A DNA stretch of 22,826 nucleotides from an uncultured Eubacteriales bacterium. GTDB taxonomy: Bacteria; Bacillota; Clostridia; Oscillospirales; Acutalibacteraceae. The stretch spans positions 1-22,826 of the forward strand of contig ONID01000024.1 of assembly GCA_900317765.1 (NCBI GenBank), read 5' to 3'. This document shows, one piece after another, positions 14,797-22,351 of the stretch (position 1 is the first letter of the stretch; every line of letters starts with the position of its first letter). The notes under the pieces are model-generated. The model was given only the letters and a program-made list of their open reading frames with translations. It searched no databases and was not told the DNA's origin. Made by a program: the position numbers and the translations under genes.

Positions 14797-16224
14797 ATGA
14801 TAAAATCGAAAAAAAACAGAATGTTCATAAGAATTATGTCCGTAACGCTTTCGGCAGTTTTTTTGCTTACAGCGTGTGAAAAAGGAAACAAAGACGAACA
14901 ATCCGGCTACACCATAGATAATATCCGCGATTATGTCGTAGGTATAGACGAAAAGGTAGAACTGGAGGACGGCAGCAAAACGGCGCTCATCAACTTCGAC
15001 AACGCCGCCACGACACCGGCTCTTCAGCCTGTTATGGACGAAGTAGACAGCAAGATGAAGATGTACGGCTCTATCGGCAGAGGATTTTCAAAAAAATCCG
15101 ATTATACAACCGACATTTACAACAGCACCCGCAGCAAGGTTCTGCAATTTGTCGGCGCCGATGAGCAAAATTACACATGCTTCTATGTCAACAACACGAC
15201 AGACGGTCTGAACAAGCTCGCCTCCGCCCTCATTACCAGCGAAAATGACGTGGTTCTGTGCACACGCATGGAGCACCACGCGAACGACCTCTCATGGAGA
15301 GAGAGATGCAAGGTTGTTTATGCCGAGGTCAGCAAGGACGGCAGAGTGGATTACAAAAGCCTTGAAAATATGCTCAAGAAGAACAAGGTCAAATACGTCG
15401 CCGTGACAGCCGCTTCCAATGTGACGGGATATGTCACCGATGTACACCGTGTGGCAAAGCTCGCCCACAAATACGGCGCGAAAATCATCGTTGACGGCGC
15501 GCAGATCGTAGCGCACAGGAAATTCTCGATGATCGGCGAAACCCCCGAGGAAAACATTGATTTCTTCGTTTTCTCCGCGCACAAAATGTATTCGCCCTAC
15601 GGCGGAGGCGCTGTCGTGGGTCTTTTCTCTGAACTCAATCAGCATATGCCGACATTTTACGGCGGTGGAATTGTCACGATCGTCTCGGATAACGAACAGG
15701 GGTACAAGGACGCGCCGGCGAAATACGAGGCGGGTTCTCCGAATTATCCCGGCGTGGTCGGTCTGGGCAAGGCGATCGACATATTGCAGGAGGTCGGCTT
15801 TGACGCCATCAGCGAGCATGAACAGAAGCTCAACAGAAGGCTCATTGACGGAATCCTGAAAATGGATCATGCCGTTGTCTACGGCGATACCGAGGACATC
15901 AGCGACAGAGTAGGCGTTGTGACTTTCAATCTGACCGATGTCAATTCCTACCATCTCGCGACCAAGCTGTCGGAATACGGTGTGGCGACGAGAAGGGGAG
16001 CCTTCTGCGCACATACTTACGTCTGGCGCCTGCTGGGTATTTCCGACGAACTGGCAAAATCCTACGAGGAATGCGGAGACTCCGGCGTTCCCGGCATGGT
16101 CCGCGTCAGCTTCGGCATATACAACACCGAAAAAGAAGTTGACGATTTTCTCTCTGTTCTCGACGAGGCACATGCAGTCTGCCTGGAGGAAATGGAAACG
16201 AAGACTTTCCGACCGGGGCTGTAA
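14797..16224 (+). CDS. Class-V aminotransferase / cysteine desulfurase-family PLP enzyme carrying an N-terminal lipoprotein signal peptide
   Basis: INFDNAATTP, HHANDLSWRE and FSAHKMYSPYGGGAVVG (PLP lysine) are present. The N-terminus MIKSKKNRMFIRIMSVTLSAVFLLTAC has the lipobox L-T-A-C. A strong SD AAGGAGAG lies 7 nt before ATG 14797. Confidence 0.88.
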   Translation: MIKSKKNRMFIRIMSVTLSAVFLLTACEKGNKDEQSGYTIDNIRDYVVGIDEKVELEDGSKTALINFDNAATTPALQPVMDEVDSKMKMYGSIGRGFSKKSDYTTDIYNSTRSKVLQFVGADEQNYTCFYVNNTTDGLNKLASALITSENDVVLCTRMEHHANDLSWRERCKVVYAEVSKDGRVDYKSLENMLKKNKVKYVAVTAASNVTGYVTDVHRVAKLAHKYGAKIIVDGAQIVAHRKFSMIGETPEENIDFFVFSAHKMYSPYGGGAVVGLFSELNQHMPTFYGGGIVTIVSDNEQGYKDAPAKYEAGSPNYPGVVGLGKAIDILQEVGFDAISEHEQKLNRRLIDGILKMDHAVVYGDTEDISDRVGVVTFNLTDVNSYHLATKLSEYGVATRRGAFCAHTYVWRLLGISDELAKSYEECGDSGVPGMVRVSFGIYNTEKEVDDFLSVLDEAHAVCLEEMETKTFRPGL

Positions 16225-16285
16225 TCTTGTTCATTCTGAAAAATGATATGGACGGATACTGACGCCGGACGGCAATCGTATGCCC

Positions 16286-16315
16286 TTGACAAACAGCAAG
16301 CCAATTGTACATTAT
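16286..16315 (+). promoter_or_regulatory. Possible sigma-70 promoter for the GG-leader::hydrolase ORF
   Basis: A perfect TTGACA (16286-16291) and an 18-nt spacer are followed by CATTAT (16310-16315). The -10 element is weak. Confidence 0.3.
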
Positions 16316-16409
16316 AGGTGGACATAGAGGGCTTGATCCACTGCCAGCGGTCTTTCCGTTGCGTATCAACTTGTGAATTGAATAAAGCAAACAAAAAGAA
16401 GACAGGAAA

Positions 16410-16901
16410 ATGGAGAAGGAAGTACTGGACAGTTTCAATGCATTTGTGAAGGATCATGGCATTCAGGAACTGAGCTTGGACGAGATGGACAAAGTCAGCG
16501 GCGGAGCAGGCGGCGTCATCGACCCGCTGCCGGAGGACGCTTCCTATTTTGTCAAGGACTATTATGACTACTACAAGACGCCCCGCGGCTATCATCCGCG
16601 TTCCCTCAATTCCAATGACGGCTGGACGGTAAATACGGGAACATCACTCATGAATATGCGGCTGTTCACTTATTCCAAAGAAATCCGTTCCGCCGTTCTG
16701 ATGATTCACGGTGAAAAAGCACATTCCTGCTATATGAGCCGTGACGCTTACGCTGGTATGGTCAGGGACAGTCACTACGCGGATAACAAAGAACTGCTGA
16801 TCATTCCCGAAGCGTCCCACACTGACCTGTACGACGGCGGCGGCAAGAACGCGATTCCGTTTGACAAAATTACTGAATTTATGGAGGAACATCTGAAATA
16901 A
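16410..16901 (+). CDS. Chimeric ORF: GG-type leader fused to the C-terminal third of an alpha/beta hydrolase
   Basis: MEKEVLDSFNAFVKDHGIQELSLDEMDKVSGG matches the LSxxELxxIxGG consensus. The downstream DYYDYYKTPRGYHPRS...AVLMIHGEKAHS...LLIIPEASHTDLYD...IPFDKITEFMEEHL looks like the C-terminal portion of a COG1073-like hydrolase. That portion carries the Asp/His region but not the nucleophile elbow. Confidence 0.6.
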   Translation: MEKEVLDSFNAFVKDHGIQELSLDEMDKVSGGAGGVIDPLPEDASYFVKDYYDYYKTPRGYHPRSLNSNDGWTVNTGTSLMNMRLFTYSKEIRSAVLMIHGEKAHSCYMSRDAYAGMVRDSHYADNKELLIIPEASHTDLYDGGGKNAIPFDKITEFMEEHLK

Positions 16902-17449
16902 TGGCTGTCAGTTCGGCAAAAATCTGGAATAAGTCACTCACGCTCCTCTTCATTTGTATGTTTGCGCTGCTTGCGTTAAGTGCCTGGAGTCAGAAACAAC
17001 GACCGGAAATGAAATTAATTCTGACGTACAGGAAAACGTCAGTTCCGAGTCCGCTGATTCGGTTCATTCGTCTGCGGAGGACAACAAAATGAAAACTGAA
17101 CTAACCATGAAAATCAACGGCGAAACCGTCACTGTTGAATGGGAAGACAACGAATCCGTTTCAGCTTTAAGAGAGCTTGCGTCTGAATCCGATCACAATT
17201 CAGGCGTCACTGTACGGAGGTTTTGAGCAGGTAGGTTTCATCGGTCAGAGCCTTCCGCGCAATGATAAGCGAATTACCACACAGGCGGGAGACATTGTCC
17301 TTTACTCCGGCAATCAGATGGTAGTGTTTTATGGTTCCAATACATGGGCATACACCAGGCTGGGACACATTACGGATAAAACGCCATCTGAACTGACCGC
17401 TCTTTTGGGAAATGATAATGCGACGATTTCGATCAGTATCAATCACTAA
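16901..17449 (+). pseudogene. Cyclophilin-like-fold lipoprotein gene broken by two frameshifts
   Basis: Three frames read LTLLFICMFALLALSA(C) / ESETTTGNE...MKINGETVTVEWEDNESVSALRELASE / ITIQASLYGGFEQVGFIGQSLPRNDKRITTQAGDIVLYSGNQMVVFYGSNTWAYTRLGHI. The breaks lie near 16990 (inside the lipobox Cys codon) and near 17190. Confidence 0.65.
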
Positions 17450-17530
17450 CCGATTCATCTTAGGAACTGTGCAGAATTTAATCCGTCGTTTGTTGCCGAA
17501 AAGCATAGTATCCTTCGTCTTTCTGACGGG

Positions 17531-17857
17531 TTAAAATGTATTAATTATTTCTATATATTCATATTCAAGCTGCAAAATACACCAGATGCCACCACAAAGC
17601 AATCTGTCATACTTCTCAGGATATTCGTTCGAAACATGAATGCCTTTCAATCCAAGATTGGAAAATTCTGCTTCATAGGCATTCTTTTTTATATTCAGAT
17701 TGACTGTTACATTAGCCCCTTCCTTGATTTTTTTCGTAAGGTCTTTGCGAACAATTTTTCCGTCAAAATGCTGACGTAATTTTTCTTTTATTATCTCGCG
17801 GACATTTGCAGACGTGTCTGTTATTTGATCCATCTTTCTTTCCTCCGCTGATATCAA
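17531..17857 (-). pseudogene. brxL: brxL remnant (BREX Lon-like protease; internally deleted and 3'-truncated stub)
   Basis: MDQITD...KLRQHFDGKIVRKDLTKKIKEGANV and ...KKNAYEAEFSNLGLKGIHVSNEYPEKYDRLLCGGIWCILQLEY match the BrxL N-terminal region as I recall it. The ORF is only 108 aa where several hundred are expected. It directly follows and overlaps the pglZ stop, and the likely start is ATG 17833 after GGAGGA. Confidence 0.7.
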
Positions 17858-20469
17858 CTAAAGAATCCGTAATCATCCACCGCAAAGGCAATGTCGATCT
17901 GAAATTCTTCTCGGGATAGCTGTTTTCCCTGCTCATCAACTATGATGAGGTAATATGCTTCGGTGTTGTTGTATGACAGCGGCTTGAGATTGAAGGTGCA
18001 GCGGAAGATGCGCTCATGCACATCGTCGGTGGTCTTATCGGCGATAATCGTGGCGGTATCGCTGACCATCTTTCCATTGCTATCAGTGAAATACGCACGA
18101 CAGGTGGTTGCCACGCGGACGCCGCCGACGGCTTCTTTCTGGTAGAAATCCAGCGAGAATATCATGTTGCATATCTTCCGGCTTGCCGACAGAAGACTAA
18201 CCGTCACCGGCTTGGTATCGTATTGGCTCCTGTTGCGCTTGTATTCTTTGCTGTCGTTGCGCAGGAAGTGGTAATCGATAACAGGCACGACCATTTCCTG
18301 AAGACTGATACCGCCGTGGACAAAATTCAGACCGCCGCCTTTCATCTTGATGCGGATGCTTTCCCTCGGTGCGAAGCCTTCGTATTCGGAGTTGCCGTCG
18401 AGGAATTTTATCGGAAGAAGATACTGCGGCTGTGAGCGTTGATGAAGAAAATGCATGATGGCGTAACGTCTGCCGATTTCGATATCCTGATCGCTCTCGG
18501 TGGATTTGTCAACCTTTTCATCCTCTTTCAAGGGACTGTAGGTGTAGAGGAAGCCGTGGTCGGAAGTAATAATGATATTAACTCCACTAAATTCATTAGT
18601 GATTATTCGTACCAGATTTTTAAGTTCGTCAATTGCCTCGTCACAGGCAGCGAAGATGGACTTGTCGATATGACCCGCTTCGTCGATAGTGTCATGGTAG
18701 ATATAAACGACTTTCTTTCCTTTGATTAGTGGTTGACGTTCGGGTCCTTTCATGTCAATGATGTCCTTGTATTTCAGAGCGACACTCTGGGAATCCGCGC
18801 TTTTAAGAAGCTTGTCGCGGTTGTTTGCCTCGGTGGACTGTCCGTCCGCAAGGACTGCCAGCCGTTCTGTCTTTCCGGATTTCAGTTCAACGGATAATTC
18901 TTTGTGAGGCAGCAGCGCAGCCATGCCGAATTTCGTAATGGTCGGGAATATGCCACAGACGCTGTCGAGCGTCACCTTGCTCTGGGTTTCGCGCCGAAGC
19001 TGCTCGGAGAGTTCCACCGCGACTTCGTATCGCATTGCGTCGGAGATAATGACATACACCTTGCTGTCGGAACGGGCAATTCTGTCGTGGTAGAAATCGC
19101 TCTGTCGCGGTACTTCCAGAATCCGTCCGTAATCCCGCATTTGTTCGGCGCAGACGTCCGACCAGTTTCTGCCGAGTTCTCCGAGGAACCAACCCGAATA
19201 CAAGCCTTCAACCTTTTCCATGACTGTTGCAAAGAGATCAGACAATTCGGAATGATAGGTCTTCAGACTCGCTGCATACGCCTTATGGAATTCCCTGTAA
19301 TAGGTATCCATGACATAATAGGTAGATGTGTATTCCTTCCAGACCTTCTCCGGCAGTGCGTTGTGGAATCCGGCGGCGTGGGTCTTGTAAAAAGCCTGCA
19401 TATTGGCAAGCTGTAAAATGCCTTCATAGAAGTTTTTCAAAGGTTCATACCACACACAAGTGCGCCGCTTTTCCACGGTCTTAGTGATGACGTTCACGTC
19501 AATCAGATGATCGCCGATATCCTTCATCAATTTGATCAGAATGATTTCATGGACACACGGGAATACCTCGGTGCCGAGCAGATCAGATATTTCAAGATTC
19601 ATGAACCGTTTGGGAAGGTTCAACTCATTTTCAAGAAGCTCTGCAATCGAGTGTATGCTTTCGGAATCCTCGCTGTGCATCCATTCTGAGATAAAATCGT
19701 AGCAATACGCCTGATGTGCGGCGGAAATCAAGTCATTCAGCCCCGCAAGATATTCCTGCCGCATGGTTCGCGTAGATGCAGTGAGAAGCAGGTGCGCCGC
19801 CAGCCGTTTCAGATCCGGATGATTAACATCATTTTCAATATAGCCGGAACGCTGCTCCACCATGTGCCAGAATATCTCATCTATTCCGTATTTGATGAAT
19901 TCCTGATAGACTGCATTTTCTTCGATATTCAGACCTTTTTGCAGCACGGATTTAATGACGGCGTTCGGATTGACTGCCTTCAATCCGGCAAGTACCGCCA
20001 TGATAGCCACCTGCAATTGTGACAGCTTGACAGGAACGCACATTGCTGACAACTTGTTCCGGCGCAATTCCGAATTGAAGAATTTGCGATATTTTTTTAT
20101 ACCACTTCGGAGATCAACTGTTTGTGGTATACCCATTTCATCCATCCAGCTGGAAATCCGGTCGGCGCGATAATCTTCGCTGTATAGTTCAATATCCAGC
20201 AGCCAGTTATCCTCCTGCGACTCATAAGCAATCGGGCAGTAAAGAAGATAATCGCTCTCAGTGTCGTCCTTGTTCAGCAGCTTTTTGACATAAAAATAGT
20301 TGTTTCCGGTCAGAGCAACGACTTTCACGCCGTCAATCTGAATCTCGTCTAATCTATCGGTATATTCTCTGTCCTCGTCTTTCCATACGATTATGCGCCG
20401 CTTATAGAATTCCGGCAGCGGTTCCGCAAATCGTCGGGCGAGGTCTTGTTGTATTTTTTCGGTGTCCAT
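17854..20469 (-). CDS. pglZ: BREX type-1 alkaline-phosphatase-superfamily protein PglZ
   Basis: This is an ~870-aa protein containing VVYIYHDTIDEAGH...VNIIITSDHGFLY (PglZ domain). The likely start is MDTEKIQQDL at 20469 after AGGAGA, and the ORF track extends it to 20541. Confidence 0.92.
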   Translation of the reverse strand: MDTEKIQQDLARRFAEPLPEFYKRRIIVWKDEDREYTDRLDEIQIDGVKVVALTGNNYFYVKKLLNKDDTESDYLLYCPIAYESQEDNWLLDIELYSEDYRADRISSWMDEMGIPQTVDLRSGIKKYRKFFNSELRRNKLSAMCVPVKLSQLQVAIMAVLAGLKAVNPNAVIKSVLQKGLNIEENAVYQEFIKYGIDEIFWHMVEQRSGYIENDVNHPDLKRLAAHLLLTASTRTMRQEYLAGLNDLISAAHQAYCYDFISEWMHSEDSESIHSIAELLENELNLPKRFMNLEISDLLGTEVFPCVHEIILIKLMKDIGDHLIDVNVITKTVEKRRTCVWYEPLKNFYEGILQLANMQAFYKTHAAGFHNALPEKVWKEYTSTYYVMDTYYREFHKAYAASLKTYHSELSDLFATVMEKVEGLYSGWFLGELGRNWSDVCAEQMRDYGRILEVPRQSDFYHDRIARSDSKVYVIISDAMRYEVAVELSEQLRRETQSKVTLDSVCGIFPTITKFGMAALLPHKELSVELKSGKTERLAVLADGQSTEANNRDKLLKSADSQSVALKYKDIIDMKGPERQPLIKGKKVVYIYHDTIDEAGHIDKSIFAACDEAIDELKNLVRIITNEFSGVNIIITSDHGFLYTYSPLKEDEKVDKSTESDQDIEIGRRYAIMHFLHQRSQPQYLLPIKFLDGNSEYEGFAPRESIRIKMKGGGLNFVHGGISLQEMVVPVIDYHFLRNDSKEYKRNRSQYDTKPVTVSLLSASRKICNMIFSLDFYQKEAVGGVRVATTCRAYFTDSNGKMVSDTATIIADKTTDDVHERIFRCTFNLKPLSYNNTEAYYLIIVDEQGKQLSREEFQIDIAFAVDDYGFFS

Positions 20470-20544
20470 TTTGAAATGTCTCCTGTTTTTCAATGAATAA
20501 TCAGAAACTGATAACGAAAAAAATTGTAATGATTCACTCAAACA

Positions 20545-21111
20545 TTATGTAACAGATGGAATAACAGGGTTTATTGGAAATTGACCATAATAACTATCTG
20601 CATTCCATTCATTAATACTCATAACACTGACCGAGTCAATAAGTTTCACGCCCGAGGTAAACTGTTCCTGTAGATGAAAAGGAAGACGCTTTTTTAGTCG
20701 ATTTCGTAACATTCGTCTTGACGTGGAATCGCCTTTAGGGTATTCTAATACAAAAATGTATTGTATTGGTTTATCCTTTCCCATCAATCGTAAATAATGA
20801 AGGGAGTCATAATATTTTCTTACAATCTTATTGAATTTATTATTTTCAAATGGATCATATGGTGTTGTGTGATTTGAATGTGCAAGGGCTTCGGCAACAT
20901 TTGCATTTTTGTATTCAATAAGAAGTATATATTCCTCTGTCTCAATCACAAAATCCGCATCAGCCAAAATATCAGGAAGGCCGCAACTGTGATAGATATT
21001 ATGCATTTCGTCACTTGCCCAAATTGCTTTTCCACAGTTTATCCCATATTTATTTTTTTCTTCATACAATATTTGGGGCATTTCTTTTCCCTCACAGATC
21101 ATATATTTCAT
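20545..21111 (-). CDS. Small hypothetical protein with a PD-(D/E)xK nuclease-like motif (partner of the upstream ATPase)
   Basis: GLPDILADADFVIETEEYILLIEYKN reads as P-D ... E-x-K on alternating beta-strand-like segments. I recognise no family. Start options are 21111 or 21102 (overlapping the ATPase 3' end) or 21081 (SD GAGGGA, 10 nt after the ATPase stop). The gene is very AT-rich. Confidence 0.7.
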   Translation of the reverse strand: MKYMICEGKEMPQILYEEKNKYGINCGKAIWASDEMHNIYHSCGLPDILADADFVIETEEYILLIEYKNANVAEALAHSNHTTPYDPFENNKFNKIVRKYYDSLHYLRLMGKDKPIQYIFVLEYPKGDSTSRRMLRNRLKKRLPFHLQEQFTSGVKLIDSVSVMSINEWNADSYYGQFPINPVIPSVT

Positions 21112-22120
21112 CCAACAGCTTATTAAATGCTGTTATGATTGGATTGTTTTTTAAATCAGCAAATCTATCTGTTTTTTCATATTGAATATTATTATCGTTT
21201 CCATTGCGTGATAAAGAGTGGAATACAATACTGTCTTCTAAAGATTTTTTTACCTCAAAATAGCTTGCAATCATATAATCATGTGTTGAAATAAAAACTT
21301 GAACTCCTCTACGTTGTAATTCCAGAAGCATTTCAACAATAATCGAAAGGTATGTTGGGTTAATGTTTGCTTCTGGTTCATCCCAAAATAGAATTGACCC
21401 GTTTTCCAACGTTCCATTTTTTACTAACTGCCACAATAACGCCATTTTACGAATACCTTCAGCAATAAGGTTAAATTCTTGCTTGGAATTGCCACTTTTC
21501 AAGTAAAACTCATCACGTTTCTCGTCATACCAAACCGTACCATGCGTCATTTCTTGAATTCTTTTCAACATAGCTTCTTTTGTGGTATTATTTCTGCCTA
21601 CAGAAATATCAATCTTTGCTGCGTTAATAATATCTAAGTATGTGTCATCAAAGCGAACATTGTTTTTTTCTGTTGCGGCACTTAAATTATAACTGTGAGA
21701 CAATATTTCTTTTGCAGGAATAAAGATACTGCTAACACCTGAAAATGAGTCTTCCCATCCACTTTCTCCGGTTACCTCCGCTTCCCATTTTTTTGTTTTT
21801 CCATGAAAAGAGGCAGTTAATACACGATCTTGAGATGATTCTTTTTCTCCTGCTGTTATCCGAATCATTGCACTGTGATTACCTTGACGTCTCGTAATTA
21901 ATCTTGAAATTTTATAATCATCGGGGAGCATAGTTAAAACTAATTTATGAGGAAATGAAATCTTTGGATCGACACTTTGACATGCTGAATATAAGGCTTT
22001 TAGAAGATGTGTTTTACCCGTTCCATTTTCTCCAATAATTACATTTATTCCTGTTCCGAATTCAATACTAATATTTTCAAAAACAGTGTAGTTTTCAAAT
22101 TTTATTTTTTTAATTATCAT
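21092..22120 (-). CDS. Compact ABC-type (AAA_15/AAA_21-like) ATPase
   Basis: Walker A GENGTGKT (K36), signature-like NLIAEGIRKMA, Walker B ILFWDEPE and H-loop ISTHD are present. It is 342 aa with no coiled-coil insert. SD AAGAGGTG is present, and the start lies 15 nt after the pglX stop. Confidence 0.88.
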   Translation of the reverse strand: MIIKKIKFENYTVFENISIEFGTGINVIIGENGTGKTHLLKALYSACQSVDPKISFPHKLVLTMLPDDYKISRLITRRQGNHSAMIRITAGEKESSQDRVLTASFHGKTKKWEAEVTGESGWEDSFSGVSSIFIPAKEILSHSYNLSAATEKNNVRFDDTYLDIINAAKIDISVGRNNTTKEAMLKRIQEMTHGTVWYDEKRDEFYLKSGNSKQEFNLIAEGIRKMALLWQLVKNGTLENGSILFWDEPEANINPTYLSIIVEMLLELQRRGVQVFISTHDYMIASYFEVKKSLEDSIVFHSLSRNGNDNNIQYEKTDRFADLKNNPIITAFNKLLDEIYDL

Positions 22121-22135
22121 TTATCACACCTCTTA

Positions 22136-22351
22136 TTATTTTATCTTTGCCAATACATCCTTAAATAATTCATAATTCACCTTCACGCCGTCGTCCAGAT
22201 CAATCGGAATCATCATATCGGCGAGGTGATGAATCTTTTCTTCGTAGGCGCGCAGCTCGTCTGCCTGTGCCTGCATCGCGGAAAGCTGCTTGTTGAGCCT
22301 GACCTTCTCCGCAGTGGACGCGCCGGAAATGCGTTTTTCGAGGTCAGCCAT
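22136..22351 (-). CDS. pglX: C-terminal fragment of the BREX methyltransferase PglX (separate frame)
   Basis: ...[40 protein letters not shown] is the conserved PglX C-terminus. It is readable contiguously with the upstream ORF only after a frame change near 22352-22370. Confidence 0.8.
   Translation of the reverse strand: MADLEKRISGASTAEKVRLNKQLSAMQAQADELRAYEEKIHHLADMMIPIDLDDGVKVNYELFKDVLAKIK

Noticed and set aside
17963-20173. The + strand ORFs inside pglZ (for example 18016..18435, 18904..19416, 19714..20022)
   Set aside because: They are antisense to an uninterrupted ~870-codon PglZ frame and have no motifs of their own.
20545-21111. TOPRIM/RloB/OLD-like reading of the small partner protein (N-terminal YMICEGKE as the Toprim Glu, ILADAD as DxD)
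   Set aside because: It is possible only if the most upstream start is used. The PD...ExK pattern on consecutive strand-like segments is the more convincing match by eye. I keep it as an alternative for structure prediction to settle.
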